Source: Acidobacteriota bacterium (GTDB lineage: Bacteria; Acidobacteriota; UBA6911; RPQK01; JAJDTT01). From it: a DNA stretch of 64,000 nucleotides. Below the pieces are notes generated by a model. That model did not search any database and was not told the DNA's origin. It saw only the letters and a list, made by a program, of their open reading frames with translations. Location: contig CBDCJH010000002.1 in assembly GCA_965217775.1 (NCBI GenBank), positions 2,912,001 to 2,976,000 on the forward strand, read 5' to 3'. Below are positions 49,065 to 59,651 of this stretch, piece after piece (the stretch's first letter is position 1; the number at the start of each line of letters is the position of its first letter). The position numbers and the translations under genes were made by a program.

Positions 49065-50786
49065 ATGACGGAAAACGAAGAAAAGATTCCCATTGAGGAG
49101 AAGTACGACGGCGTCAAGGAACTGATCGCCCTGGGTAAGAAAAAGGGCTATCTCCTTTACGACGAAGTCAACGACCATCTCCCCGACGATATCCAGTCCT
49201 CGGAAGACCTGGACAGCATCTTCTACCTGTTCGGCGAGGTCGGGATCGAGGTCATCGACTCGGAGGAGGATTTCGAGTCGACCCAACGACGGATTCGGAC
49301 CAAGTCCAAGGGGCAGGAAACGGAGCCCCCGGACCCCACGCTCGAGAAGACCAATGACCCGGTCCGCATGTATCTGCGGGAGATGGGCACGGTACCCCTC
49401 CTGACCCGGGAGGGGGAGGTGACCATAGCCAAGCGGATCGAGAAGGGTCGAAAGACGGTGCTGAAGGTGCTGTCTCGATCTCCCGTGGTCGTCCATGAGA
49501 TCATGCGCTACGGGGAATCGCTGGACCAGGGCAACCTCAACATCAAGGGTCTGGTCGTCTTCCGTGAAACCGAGCTCACGCCCGAGGTTTACGCGGCCCG
49601 CCGGGAAACCACTATCCGCATGGTGCAAGAGGTGGGAGAGCTGGAAGAAGGAGCCAGCAGGATCCGGCGCAAGATGCGGCGGGTCAGGAAATCCAAGGAT
49701 TCGCCCGAATACAGGAGCCTCCTGTCTCAGTTGGCCCGCTATCGAATTCCCATCGCCCGCCACATTCGGGCCCTGGATCTCACTCCCCAGACTTACGAGC
49801 GGCTCGTCAACGTCATCAAGCGAGCCGTCGACCGGATCGTCGCCCTGGACCAGGAGACCAAGAAACTCAAGAAGCTGCACGAAGCCCCACTGAAGCTGGA
49901 GGACTCCAAGAAGATCAAGCTTCGCTTACGGGAGATCGACAAACATCTGAAAGAGATCGAAGACGAGGTTCTGGCCACCCCCGCGGAACTCAAGCGCACC
50001 CTGGCCATCATCAAGCAGGGTGAGCTCGAAGCCGATATCGCCAAGAAGGAGTTGGTGGAGGCGAACCTGAGACTGGTGGTGTCCATCGCCAAGAAGTACA
50101 CGAACCGGGGCCTCCAGTTCCTGGATCTGATCCAGGAAGGAAACATCGGACTCATGAAGGCGGTGGAGAAGTTCGAGTATCGAAGGGGATACAAGTTCTC
50201 GACCTACGCCACCTGGTGGATTCGGCAGGCCATCACCCGGGCCATAGCGGACCAGGCCCGAACCATCCGGATTCCGGTCCACATGATCGAAACCATCAAC
50301 AAGCTGATTCGAACCTCGCGGGCGCTGGTGCAGGAGTACGGCCGGGAACCGACCAACGAAGAGATCTCGCTGAAAATGGGCATCCCGGTCAGCAAGGTTC
50401 GGAAGATCCTCAAGATTGCCCAGGAACCCATATCCCTGGAGACGCCTATCGGCGAGGAGGAGGACAGTCATCTCGGTGACTTCATCGAGGATCGAGGCGT
50501 GACCTCGCCCGCCGAAGCGGTCATCAATCTCAATCTCAAGGAACAGACGGCGGCCGTTCTCAAGACTCTCACCGACCGAGAGGAGCAGGTGATCCGCATG
50601 AGATTCGGCATCGGCGACGGCAGTGAGCACACCCTGGAAGAAGTGGGCCAGCGGTTCCGCGTCACCCGTGAGCGGATCCGCCAGATCGAAGCCAAGGCCT
50701 TGCGAAAGCTGAGGCACCCGTCCCGCAGCCGGAAGTTGAAAACATTCCACCAAGACAATGGGAATTCGGGTCGTAGACTTTCCTAG
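49065..50786 (+). CDS. rpoD: RNA polymerase primary sigma factor
   Basis: [61 protein letters not shown]. Confidence 0.98.
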   Translation: MTENEEKIPIEEKYDGVKELIALGKKKGYLLYDEVNDHLPDDIQSSEDLDSIFYLFGEVGIEVIDSEEDFESTQRRIRTKSKGQETEPPDPTLEKTNDPVRMYLREMGTVPLLTREGEVTIAKRIEKGRKTVLKVLSRSPVVVHEIMRYGESLDQGNLNIKGLVVFRETELTPEVYAARRETTIRMVQEVGELEEGASRIRRKMRRVRKSKDSPEYRSLLSQLARYRIPIARHIRALDLTPQTYERLVNVIKRAVDRIVALDQETKKLKKLHEAPLKLEDSKKIKLRLREIDKHLKEIEDEVLATPAELKRTLAIIKQGELEADIAKKELVEANLRLVVSIAKKYTNRGLQFLDLIQEGNIGLMKAVEKFEYRRGYKFSTYATWWIRQAITRAIADQARTIRIPVHMIETINKLIRTSRALVQEYGREPTNEEISLKMGIPVSKVRKILKIAQEPISLETPIGEEEDSHLGDFIEDRGVTSPAEAVINLNLKEQTAAVLKTLTDREEQVIRMRFGIGDGSEHTLEEVGQRFRVTRERIRQIEAKALRKLRHPSRSRKLKTFHQDNGNSGRRLS

Positions 50787-50830
50787 TTCCTTGGGTACAA
50801 AGTCTTCGACGAATGGACGAAGAAACAAGC

Positions 50831-50873
50831 GTAGGGGCGCCCCTTGTGGGCGCCCTCTTCTGTCCGAATCGGA
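50831..50873 (+). repeat. Family B GTAG REP plus tail
   Basis: GTAGGGGCGCCCCTTGTGGGCGCCC-TCTTCTGTCCGAATCGGA. Confidence 0.82.
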
Positions 50874-51030
50874 GCCAGGCGTGTCCGGATGAAGAGGCAG
50901 CGGCGGAAGACGTGGGGCGGAACTGGCGTGACCAGGCGGGAACAGCCAATGCCGCCACCGAGTCTCGATCTGGCGACAGGATCGCCGGCCGGAATGCGGC
51001 GCCGTCCGAAGCGCGGCAACTGCTTCACAC

Positions 51031-51057
51031 GGGCGCTTGGAAGCGCCCTTTTTTTTT
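51031..51057 (+). terminator. Intrinsic terminator-like hairpin
   Basis: GGGCGCT-TGGA-AGCGCCC followed by T9. Confidence 0.7.
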
Positions 51058-51061
51058 CGGT

Positions 51062-51135
51062 GGGCCCATAGCTCAGTCGGTTAGAGCGTCTGACTCATAA
51101 TCAGGTGGTCGTAGGTTCGAGTCCTACTGGGCCCA
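51062..51135 (+). tRNA. tRNA with CAT anticodon, most likely tRNA-Ile2 (lysidine); CCA not encoded
   Basis: GGGCCCA/TGGGCCC acceptor stem, TAGCTCAG D-arm, TCTGA-CTCATAA-TCAGG anticodon arm, GGTTCGAGTCC T-arm. Lacks initiator features, and its position after rpoD is typical of ileX. Confidence 0.93.
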
Positions 51136-51181
51136 TACCCACCGAAGCCGGCTGCCGGTCCGAACCGTCTCCTGGAGGCAT

Positions 51182-51892
51182 GTGTTGAGCGAAGAGTTGC
51201 AAAGGTTGATCCAGCTTCAGCAACTCGACGCCAGAATCGTCGAGTTGCAGCAGCGGGTCTTGTCGATTCCTGACGAGATCGAGAGTCAGGCCGAGTCACT
51301 CCAGGCGAGTCAAGCCTCGGTAGAAGAGTTCCGGGAGCAGGCCGACCGGAAAGCCCGGATCCAACGCCGGTTGGAGGGTGAGGTCGAGCTGCTGCAGCAG
51401 AAGCTGTCCCGATACCAGGAGCAGCTCATGGACGTCAAAACCAACCGGGAGTACCGGGCCATGCAAAAGGAAATCGCCGGCGTCCGGGCTCAGATCTCCA
51501 GCAAGGAAGACGAGATCCTGGAAATCATGCTGGCCCTGGATGAGCTGGAAGACCAGACCCGGGAAGCCCGCCGGCTGGCCGAGGAACGGACCTCGGAGGT
51601 GTCCTCCCGGCAAAAGGAATTGGAATCCTTCGTCGCTCATTCCGAGACCAACATGGCCGGTTTCGAGCAGGAGAGAAACGAGCTGGAACGGGACCTGCCC
51701 GAGTCATTGCTCGCACAGTACCGCAGGATCGCGTCGGTCAATAACGGGCAGGCGCTGGCAGCGGTCAGCGACGAATCCTGCCAAGCCTGCAACGTGAAGC
51801 TTCGTCCCCAGCTTTTCACCGAGGTCAAGGCCGGCCTGAAGATTTTTGCCTGCGAGACCTGCAATCGAATCCTCTACTACCAGGGCGGCTGA
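51182..51892 (+). CDS. C4-type zinc-ribbon coiled-coil protein (DUF164/CT398-like)
   Basis: LIQLQQLD, long coiled coil, CQACN...CETCNRIL. Confidence 0.9.
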   Translation: MLSEELQRLIQLQQLDARIVELQQRVLSIPDEIESQAESLQASQASVEEFREQADRKARIQRRLEGEVELLQQKLSRYQEQLMDVKTNREYRAMQKEIAGVRAQISSKEDEILEIMLALDELEDQTREARRLAEERTSEVSSRQKELESFVAHSETNMAGFEQERNELERDLPESLLAQYRRIASVNNGQALAAVSDESCQACNVKLRPQLFTEVKAGLKIFACETCNRILYYQGG

Positions 51893-52087
51893 TGAGAGGG
51901 AGTGCGGGTGGGGCGTTGAGTGAAGAGGTCGCCCACCGGGCGGGGGCCGGCGAAGCTGGGAAAGAAACGGAGCATCCGGTCAATATCAGCCGGGCGTCCT
52001 CGACGAGATCGTATTCCATACCCCGCCCAGCTCCGCGAATCCCTTCTCTTCTCTCTTTCCATTTTTCTATTTCCTCTTTCCTGAGCC

Positions 52088-52864
52088 ATGCGGACCATCT
52101 TCTACCACCAGCTCTACTGGGCCATCACTGAATTCCCTTTTTACAAGACGATTCTGGCGCAGCCTCTCCGGCAGACTCTGCTCTATCTGTTGTATCTCTG
52201 CGCCCACGCTTCCCTGATCGTGACTCTGGCCAACGCATTTCACTTCGGGCCGGAATTCCGGGAATTCGGCATTTGGCTTCAGGAAAACGTCCCGCCGATG
52301 CAGGTGAGCGAGGGCCGGCTCCGAATCGAGGCCGACCAACCGCTGATCCAGACCTACGCGGGCCGCCACCCCGTCACCCTGATCTTCGACACCACCGGCA
52401 AGCGGCACGATCTGGCGCGTTTTCCGGAGCCCCTCCTTCTATTCACCCAGGACGCCCTTGTCCTGCGCCAGAACCAGACTCCGGAAACCTTTCCCTGGAG
52501 AGATTTCGGCTCGTTTCAAGTCACTCCGGAACAAATCCGGGACTGGCTCGAGCTCATAAAATGGGCCTACTTCCCCACCGCGTATTCGCTGGTTCTGGTC
52601 TTAACCTTCGCCTTCAAGCTGGTTTTGGCCTTGCTCTTTACGCTGCTTGCGCTCTCGGTGACGAGCCGTTACCAGGTGAGGTTCCCATTCCCCGCCTACC
52701 TGGCCATCGCCATCTACAGTCTGACGCCCGCCGTGGCGATTGAAACGGCGGTGACCCTGACCGGTCTGTCCATCCCCTACCTGGAAATGATCTCTCTGGC
52801 AACCACGGGCATCTACACCTATATGGCGACAAGCAGAATCATGCTGGAGAAGACGGCCCGTTGA
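52088..52864 (+). CDS. Membrane protein (DUF1189-like)
   Basis: N-terminal TM, a soluble loop and 3 C-terminal TMs with IYSLTP. Confidence 0.65.
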   Translation: MRTIFYHQLYWAITEFPFYKTILAQPLRQTLLYLLYLCAHASLIVTLANAFHFGPEFREFGIWLQENVPPMQVSEGRLRIEADQPLIQTYAGRHPVTLIFDTTGKRHDLARFPEPLLLFTQDALVLRQNQTPETFPWRDFGSFQVTPEQIRDWLELIKWAYFPTAYSLVLVLTFAFKLVLALLFTLLALSVTSRYQVRFPFPAYLAIAIYSLTPAVAIETAVTLTGLSIPYLEMISLATTGIYTYMATSRIMLEKTAR

Positions 52865-53793
52865 AGGACCGGATACGGCCTTTCTCCGTTTGGAGCTCCA
52901 TCCTCTTGGGGTCCGCCCTGATCCTCGCCCCCTCCTGGACGGCCGGCGGACAGCAGCGCCCGTCCTTTCGGGCCAAGGTCGACGTCGTGGACGTTTCCTG
53001 CATCGTCCGGGACCGGCGGGGCCGATACCTGGAGGACCTGACCCGCCACGACTTCCAGGTCTACGAGGACGGAGTCCGCCAAGAGCTTCTCTTCTTCCAT
53101 CGGGAGAAGGCCCGGACGGCACGGTCCCTATCGGTCGCGCTGGTCATGGATTCCAGTGCCAGCGTCAGGGACAAGTTGGCATTCGAGCAGAAGGCCGCCA
53201 TCGAGTTCTTCGGCGAGACCCTGACCCGGGAGGGGGAGGCGGGAGCGGTGGTCCAGTTCGACAGCGATGTCCGGCTCCTCCACGATTTCAGCACCGATCC
53301 GTCGAAGCTGGCGGAAGCCATCATGGAGGTCCGGGCCGAAGGCGCCACCAGGCTCTACGATGCCATCTGGGTGACGGTGAGGGATCTGTTGCGGCACCAG
53401 GCCGGGCGACGAGTCCTGGTGGTGCTCTCGGACGGCGCCGATACCCGGAGCTCCGTGTCGTGGGAACGGGCGATCCGGACGGCCCAATCCCACGACGTGG
53501 TGATCTACGGAATCGGCGTGAAGAGTTCCGGATTCGACGCGGATTTCGAGAAGTTGAAGGGCTTTGCCCGATCCACCGGGGGCCGTTTCGTCAACTCCAA
53601 GGCCAACCTGAAACGCCTCCGCCAAGCCTTCAACGGCATCCGCCGGGACTTGGGGCATCAGTACAGCCTGGGCTATGTTTCCTCCAACTCCAAGGCCGAC
53701 GGATCATTCCGTAAGATCCGGGTCGCGCTGGCGCGGTCCGGGTTGAAAGTCAGACACCGTGAGGGGTATTATGCGGCGGAACCGAATCCATGA
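52861..53793 (+). CDS. VWA domain protein (acidobacterial type)
   Basis: Signal peptide, DFQVYEDGVRQ, MIDAS DSSAS, TRLYDAI, LSDGAD, QYSLGY, RHREGYY. Confidence 0.9.
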   Translation: MKDRIRPFSVWSSILLGSALILAPSWTAGGQQRPSFRAKVDVVDVSCIVRDRRGRYLEDLTRHDFQVYEDGVRQELLFFHREKARTARSLSVALVMDSSASVRDKLAFEQKAAIEFFGETLTREGEAGAVVQFDSDVRLLHDFSTDPSKLAEAIMEVRAEGATRLYDAIWVTVRDLLRHQAGRRVLVVLSDGADTRSSVSWERAIRTAQSHDVVIYGIGVKSSGFDADFEKLKGFARSTGGRFVNSKANLKRLRQAFNGIRRDLGHQYSLGYVSSNSKADGSFRKIRVALARSGLKVRHREGYYAAEPNP

Positions 53794-53990
53794 GCCACAA
53801 CACCTCGGGCCCGGAAGCCGCTTTACCTCTTCAACTCCAACTCTGCATCCTCGAAGCCGAGTTGGAGAATATCCAAAGTGACCTGGACCGTCTCGAGATC
53901 CGCCGGGACGAGCTCCTGCAGCAGATTCGCCACTATCGGACCGAGCTGACGCAAGTTCAGGGCCGGACCCTTCTTCGCCGCGTCAAGTGA
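53790..53990 (+). CDS. Small coiled-coil hypothetical protein
   Basis: ATGA overlap with the VWA gene; Leu heptad pattern. Confidence 0.55.
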   Translation: MSHNTSGPEAALPLQLQLCILEAELENIQSDLDRLEIRRDELLQQIRHYRTELTQVQGRTLLRRVK

Positions 53991-54090
53991 CGCGCCTTCC
54001 CAAGAATTCTCCGACTACGGATCAAGTGGACAAGGACAGGGTCTTTTTCGCCGCGCACGCCACCGGGTAGGGAAAGCAGCGGGCGCGTCG

Positions 54091-54876
54091 CTATTTGGAC
54101 TTGCGTGAATTGAGCCAGTCCAGGTAGTGGACGATGGCTCCCAGTTCGCCTTCGCTGTACTCGGCGGCGACGGTCCGATGTTCCCATCCCTCATCCCGGG
54201 CCAGAGACTCGATATCCCCCGACAGGAGCGTGCGCAAGACCGGGGGAATCGTCGTGAGGTCATAGAGCTGGACCCGATCTTCCTCCTGCGCGACTTGCAG
54301 AGCGGCGAAACTCCGGCCGTCCCTGAGCTTGGCGTTCAGGACGTGATGGGAACGCCGGCTCCGGGTCTTTCCCACCAGCTTGGCGCGCAGTCCATCCCCC
54401 AGAGCCAGCAGGTCGGGACCGATGGGAATGCCTCGACCGCCGGCCTCGTGACAGGTCGCGCAACGGGCCTCCCGCGTCGCGTCGAAGAACAAGTCCCGCC
54501 CTTGGGACGCCTCCTCCGGCCCTTCGAATCCCACATAGGCAGCCGGGCCCGTTCCGGGAGGCATTTCATCGTCCGGCGGCGGGTCGCGAGAGTCCAGGGC
54601 CAGACTCCACACGTACTCCACCACTGCCGACAGGTCCGTCTCATTCAACTTCCCTTCCCAGCCCGGCATGGCCGAACGGGGGATCCCGTCGCGAGTGGCT
54701 TCCAGAATTCGATCGCGGCTGAGTCCCGTGCCTCGAAGCCGAGGCCCCCGGCCGGCCGTCCCGGCGGAGCCATGGCAGTATCCGGTGGCGCAACTCTGAG
54801 CGAACACCACTTCGCCCCGAGAGACCAAGTCCGGATCAGGGGAACTCTGCGCCAGTACCAGGAGTAACCAGATCAT
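54091..54876 (-). CDS. Di-heme c-type cytochrome (CX4CH and CXXCH)
   Basis: Signal peptide; CATGYCH...GPRL...GIPRSAMP; GRDLFF...CATCH...GPDL. Confidence 0.82.
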   Translation of the reverse strand: MIWLLLVLAQSSPDPDLVSRGEVVFAQSCATGYCHGSAGTAGRGPRLRGTGLSRDRILEATRDGIPRSAMPGWEGKLNETDLSAVVEYVWSLALDSRDPPPDDEMPPGTGPAAYVGFEGPEEASQGRDLFFDATREARCATCHEAGGRGIPIGPDLLALGDGLRAKLVGKTRSRRSHHVLNAKLRDGRSFAALQVAQEEDRVQLYDLTTIPPVLRTLLSGDIESLARDEGWEHRTVAAEYSEGELGAIVHYLDWLNSRKSK

Positions 54877-55342
54877 GGGTCGTGCTCAGGCGGGGATAGC
54901 GATCCGATACTCGTATGTTATTGAAACAAAGTCACTTGGTATCAGAACTCCGGCCATGCGTCCCTCCGACTATCACTCATTTCCAAACTGGGATCTACGG
55001 AATCACCGAAGCCGTCTGCGGACCAACCGTACGCGGCAGCCACCGTGTCGTCAAGGGCTTCGTGGGCGTCGCCGAGCCGTTGCTAGCGGCCGTTGCAGAG
55101 GTTCTTATGCGAACGGTACGCGAAGTGGCTTCGTGGTAAAATTCCGTCGGGGTCGAGAGCAGAAACGAAGAGGAACGGAGTGGCGAGTTACTGGAGTCAG
55201 GTCCAGCTTACCCCCTTGGGGGGAGGGGCCCCGGATCCCTTGGCCCGCCAGGGAACGACGGACTCCAAAGAGTATGAGTCAACCGGCCTCAACCTGGCGA
55301 GGACTTCAAATCAGGGCAAATCACCTACAGGAGACGACTAAG

Positions 55343-57565
55343 ATGCTTAGACGAACCATCTCTGTAATCGCGATGCTGACGATTGGGATCTCTCCGATCA
55401 TGCCGTTCAGCCTGGCGGTTGCCAAGAACGATGCACCGGACAATGACTATTGGTGGCCGAACCGGCTGAGTCTTGATCCACTGCGCCAAACGTCTCGGGA
55501 ATCCGGTCCCCTCGGTAAAGACTTCGACTATGCGAAGAAGTTCGAAAGTCTCGACCTGCATGCGTTGAAGGCAGATCTCAAGAAGCTGATGACGACTTCC
55601 CAGGACTGGTGGCCGCCGGACTATGGCCACTATGGGCCGTTTTTCATTCGTATGGCCTGGCACAGTGCGGGCACTTATCGAACCATCGACGGACGGGGTG
55701 GCGCTGACGGCGGTCTGCAACGCTTCGCGCCGCTCAACAGTTGGCCCGATAACGCAAACCTGGAAAAAGCGACGCGATTGCTCTGGCCAATCAAGCAGAA
55801 GTACGGCCGCAAGATCTCCTGGGCCGACCTGCTGGTCCTCGCGGGTGACGTCGCCATGGAGTCCATGGGCTTCAAGACCCTGGGTTTCGCGGGTGGTCGT
55901 ATCGATGCCTGGCAAGCCGTAGAAGTGAACTGGGGACCCGAGGGCGAGTGGCTCGCCGCCGACCGGCGCAATGAGAAAGGAAAACTGAATCATCCTTTCG
56001 GCGCTTCGCAGATGGGCCTGATCTACGTGAATCCTCAGGGCCCGGGCGGCAAACCCGATCCGCAGGCGGCCGCTCACGCCATACGTGAGGCTTTCGGCCG
56101 CATGGGGATGAACGATGAAGAGACGGTTGCGCTGATTGCCGGCGGCCATACCTTCGGCAAGGCCCATGGAGCCGCTGATCCGGGCAAGTACGTCGGTGCC
56201 GAGCCGGAGGCCGGCGATATCGAAGCCCAGGGTTTCGGTTGGAAAAACAAGTACGGCGCCGGCAATCGCTCCGACACGATCACCAGCGGCCTGGAAGGGG
56301 CGTGGACGAGTCGTCCAGCGGCCTGGACTCACGAGTTCCTCAAGAACCTGTACGGCTTCGAGTGGGAGCAGACTCGGAGCCCCGGCGGTGCAATCCAGTG
56401 GAAGCCCGCCGGCGGCGCCGCATCGGACTTGGTGCCGGATGCCCACGATCCGTCGAAACGGCATGCGCCGATGATGCTCACCACCGACCTGGCTCTGAAA
56501 GTCGACCCGGCCTATCGCGAGATCACCTCGCGCTGGCTCAAGAACCCGGAAGAGTTCGAAGACGCTTTCGCCCGCGCATGGTTCAAGCTGATTCACCGCG
56601 ACTTGGGACCGAGGTCGCGCTACCTCGGCGATCTGGCGCCGGACCAGGAATTCGTATGGCAGGACCCGATTCCTGAAGTCGATCACACCTTGATCGATGC
56701 CAAGGACGCGGCCGCGCTGAAAGCCAAGATAGTGGACTCCGGGCTGTCTGCCGCTGAATTGGTCAGGGCCGCCTGGGCCTCGGCATCCACATACCGCGGG
56801 ACCGATATGCGCGGCGGCGCCAACGGGGCACGTATTCGTCTGGCGCCGCAGCAGGATTGGGCTGCAAACGATCCGGCTGAACTGGACCGCGTGTTGAAGA
56901 CCCTGGAGGGTATCCGCACAGGTTTCAACAGTGCGCAGTCCGGTGACAAACGGGTCTCTTTGGCGGACTTGGTGATTCTCGGCGGCGCTACCGCCATTGA
57001 GCAGGCGGCTGCGAAAGCCGGAGTCGACGTGGAGGTGCCCTTTGCCCCCGGCCGCACGGACGCCTCACAGGAACAGACCGATTCGGACTCCTTTGCCCTG
57101 CTTGAGCCCACCGCGGATGGATTCCGCAACTACTTCGCCGGCGGTAACCCCCGATCTCCGGTGGAGAGGCTGGTGGAGAAGGCGGCTCTGCTGAACCTCA
57201 CGGCCTCTGAAATGACGGTGCTTGTCGGCGGCATGCGAGCCCTGGACGCCAATTCGGGGGGCTCTGCTCACGGCGTGTTCACAGACCGTCCCGGCACCCT
57301 GAGCAACGACTTCTTTGTCAACCTGATAGACATGTCCACCAAGTGGGCCAAGTCATCCACTGCAGGCCTATATGAAGGTCGCGATCGTGCCACGGGTGAA
57401 CTCAAATGGACGGCGACTCCGGTTGATCTGATCTTCGGTTCCAACTCCGAGTTGCGGGCAGTCGCCGAGCACTACGCGGCTGAGGACGCGAAAGAAGAGT
57501 TCGTCCATGACTTCACCGCGGCATGGACCAAAGTGATGACGCTGGACCGCTTCGATCTTCCTTGA
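55343..57565 (+). CDS. katG: Catalase-peroxidase with a signal peptide
   Basis: [40 protein letters not shown]; start MLRRTIS after AGGAG. Confidence 0.96.
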   Translation: MLRRTISVIAMLTIGISPIMPFSLAVAKNDAPDNDYWWPNRLSLDPLRQTSRESGPLGKDFDYAKKFESLDLHALKADLKKLMTTSQDWWPPDYGHYGPFFIRMAWHSAGTYRTIDGRGGADGGLQRFAPLNSWPDNANLEKATRLLWPIKQKYGRKISWADLLVLAGDVAMESMGFKTLGFAGGRIDAWQAVEVNWGPEGEWLAADRRNEKGKLNHPFGASQMGLIYVNPQGPGGKPDPQAAAHAIREAFGRMGMNDEETVALIAGGHTFGKAHGAADPGKYVGAEPEAGDIEAQGFGWKNKYGAGNRSDTITSGLEGAWTSRPAAWTHEFLKNLYGFEWEQTRSPGGAIQWKPAGGAASDLVPDAHDPSKRHAPMMLTTDLALKVDPAYREITSRWLKNPEEFEDAFARAWFKLIHRDLGPRSRYLGDLAPDQEFVWQDPIPEVDHTLIDAKDAAALKAKIVDSGLSAAELVRAAWASASTYRGTDMRGGANGARIRLAPQQDWAANDPAELDRVLKTLEGIRTGFNSAQSGDKRVSLADLVILGGATAIEQAAAKAGVDVEVPFAPGRTDASQEQTDSDSFALLEPTADGFRNYFAGGNPRSPVERLVEKAALLNLTASEMTVLVGGMRALDANSGGSAHGVFTDRPGTLSNDFFVNLIDMSTKWAKSSTAGLYEGRDRATGELKWTATPVDLIFGSNSELRAVAEHYAAEDAKEEFVHDFTAAWTKVMTLDRFDLP

Positions 57566-57699
57566 TGGGAGCGGAAAACGCTGCTTGAGAGGCCCCGGTC
57601 CGCCGTTTAGTCTGAGCGCCGGGTCGGGGCCTGAAGAACTTGCGCGTTCACCACGGACTCCTGGTAGCCCGCCGGCAGTGGGCGCGCTCGCAGACCGCA

Positions 57700-57866
57700 C
57701 TAGCAGTCCGTGGTGAAAGTCGCGCGAGCACCGAGACCGTTCCTGCGCCCGCCGGACAAGGCGCTTCGGAGGGAGCATACCGGGAGTATGTGAGCCGATA
57801 GCAACGCAGTCCGCCGGGATGCAGGGACGGTCGAATGCCGTGACGACTTTTGCCACGGGCTGCTAG
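57700..57866 (-). mobile_element. Family A MITE, full copy (reverse); extra right-end relic at 57647-57664
   Basis: CTAG-CAGTCCGTGGTGAAAGTC ... GACTTTTGCCACGGGCTG-CTAG. Confidence 0.9.
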
Positions 57867-57892
57867 GCGAGCCCATTGGTGAGAACTTCGAG

Positions 57893-59557
57893 TTAAGGCA
57901 GGGCGAAGACGAAGAGTGTCGACCCGGCCCGGAAATCCTCCGTCTCGGGCCAGAGCTGGGGCAGAAGACCGGCCACCGCCGACCCCCAGCCGGAAGGGGT
58001 GGCGATATACTGGCGTCCCCCCACCGAGTAGGTGATGGCCGAGCCCCGGTGTCCGGACCCGGTCTGAAAGCTCCACAGCTTCCGTCCAGTCATGGCGTCC
58101 AGAGCGAAGAAGAGTCCCTCCGCGTCACCGCTGAAAATCAGATCCCCGGCCGTAGCCAGTTGTGACGCCAGAAAGGGATATGGGGACCGATAGCTCCAAT
58201 GCTTCTTTCCCGTCAGAGGATCGTAGGCGTCCAGATGACCATGATGGTCGACTTCCGGCGTCGCCTTCAACTTGAAGACGCCTCCGAAAAAGTTCATTCC
58301 CTCCTGAGGCTCCTCTTCCCGGGCCGTCACCTCCTGACACCATTCGATGCCGGTGGTGTAATACCACCCGGTGCGCGGAGAATAGGCGCCCTGGTTCCAC
58401 TGCCTTCCGCCGCCGATGGAAGGGCAGATCAGTTTCGCCTGGTCCAGAACCGGCTCGTTGCGGCCGATCAGTTCACCGTTCGGACCCACGCCTTCGATCC
58501 AGTTCAGGTTATCCACGACCGGCCAGGCTGAGATGAACTCTCCGGTAGCCCGGTCCACCACGTAGGTGTAACCCCCTTTGTTGGTGTTCAGGAGGAGCTT
58601 CCGGTTTCTCCCGTTCACTTTCAAATCCAACAGCACGCACTCGTAGGCCGCGTCCCAGTCCCACACGTCGTGGGGGACCTGCTGGTGGTACCACTTGAGC
58701 TCTCCCGTGTCCGGATCCAGGGCGATGACGGAGTCGGTGTACAGGTTGCTTCCCCGCCGGTCTCCCCCGTAGAAGTCAGCCGCCGGATTTCCCACTCCCC
58801 AGTAGAGGAGGTCCAACTGGGGATCGTAGGAACCGGTCATCCAGGTCGCGCCGCCTCCGTACTTCCAGCTGTCTCCCTCCCAAGTCTCGTGACCCTTCTC
58901 TCCCGGACCGGGGATGGTGTAAAAACGCCACGCCAAGCGTCCCGTAGCCGCGTCGAAGGCGGTCAGGTAGCCCCGGTGAGCCGAATCTCCCCCGGTGACG
59001 CCGACGACCACCTTGTCCTTCACCACCAGCGGCGCCCCGGTGATGTTGCAGCCGCACTGCCTCAGATCCTCGACGTTGACCTTCCACAGCTCGCGCCCCG
59101 TCTTCCGATCCAGGGCCACGACATAGTTGTCAAGAGTTCCCATGAAGACGCGCGGACCCGCCACCGCCACGCCCCGGTTCCAGGGGCTGTAGATGACCCC
59201 GACCTGCCGGGGGTTCTGATAGTAGTAGTGCCAGATCTCCTCTCCGGTCGCGGCGTCGATGGCAAAGACCCGGTTCCAGGAAGAAGTCAGATACATGACT
59301 CCGTCCAGAACGATGGGCGTGGCCTGCAGGCCGCCGTCCACGACCCCGGTCTGGAATGCCCAGACCGGAACCAGTCCCTTCACCGTCTTCTGATTCACCT
59401 GGTCCAGGGTGCTGTAGCGCCAGAATTGGTAGCTCCCCCCATAGTGGGGCCAGTCCGCCCCGGTGGGCCCGTCCTGCCCCCGCACCCATCCGGCCGCGGG
59501 GAGCGCCAGAAGCAGAGCCGGCAGCAGAAAACCGAATCCACGTGTGAATCGAACCAT
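57893..59557 (-). CDS. PQQ-dependent dehydrogenase (beta-propeller quinoprotein)
   Basis: Signal peptide; DWPHYGG, QATPIVLDGVMY, repeated A.DA.TG...W motifs, GGATWMTGSYD, HDVWDWD, VFALP. Confidence 0.92.
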   Translation of the reverse strand: MVRFTRGFGFLLPALLLALPAAGWVRGQDGPTGADWPHYGGSYQFWRYSTLDQVNQKTVKGLVPVWAFQTGVVDGGLQATPIVLDGVMYLTSSWNRVFAIDAATGEEIWHYYYQNPRQVGVIYSPWNRGVAVAGPRVFMGTLDNYVVALDRKTGRELWKVNVEDLRQCGCNITGAPLVVKDKVVVGVTGGDSAHRGYLTAFDAATGRLAWRFYTIPGPGEKGHETWEGDSWKYGGGATWMTGSYDPQLDLLYWGVGNPAADFYGGDRRGSNLYTDSVIALDPDTGELKWYHQQVPHDVWDWDAAYECVLLDLKVNGRNRKLLLNTNKGGYTYVVDRATGEFISAWPVVDNLNWIEGVGPNGELIGRNEPVLDQAKLICPSIGGGRQWNQGAYSPRTGWYYTTGIEWCQEVTAREEEPQEGMNFFGGVFKLKATPEVDHHGHLDAYDPLTGKKHWSYRSPYPFLASQLATAGDLIFSGDAEGLFFALDAMTGRKLWSFQTGSGHRGSAITYSVGGRQYIATPSGWGSAVAGLLPQLWPETEDFRAGSTLFVFALP

Positions 59558-59651
59558 GTTCCGGAGTGTACCAGCCCGATCCCCAATGCGCATGAGGGTC
59601 CGGGAAGAGTGTGAGAGACTGGGCCCCCGCCGCCAAGGAGGGCGGGTCTGC

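Noticed and set aside
51062-51135. tRNA as an integration site of a genomic island
   Set aside because: No duplicated tRNA 3' end was noticed elsewhere in the window, and the adjacent gene is the usual zinc-ribbon neighbour.
51893-52087. RNase P RNA or lysine riboswitch after the zinc-ribbon gene
   Set aside because: Lacks GAGGAAAGTCC and is too short for rnpB; only fragmentary resemblance to the lysine aptamer.
54875-55342. 896-aa KatG with a long N-terminal extension
   Set aside because: The extension is low-complexity and Arg-rich; an RBS and signal peptide support the start at 55343.
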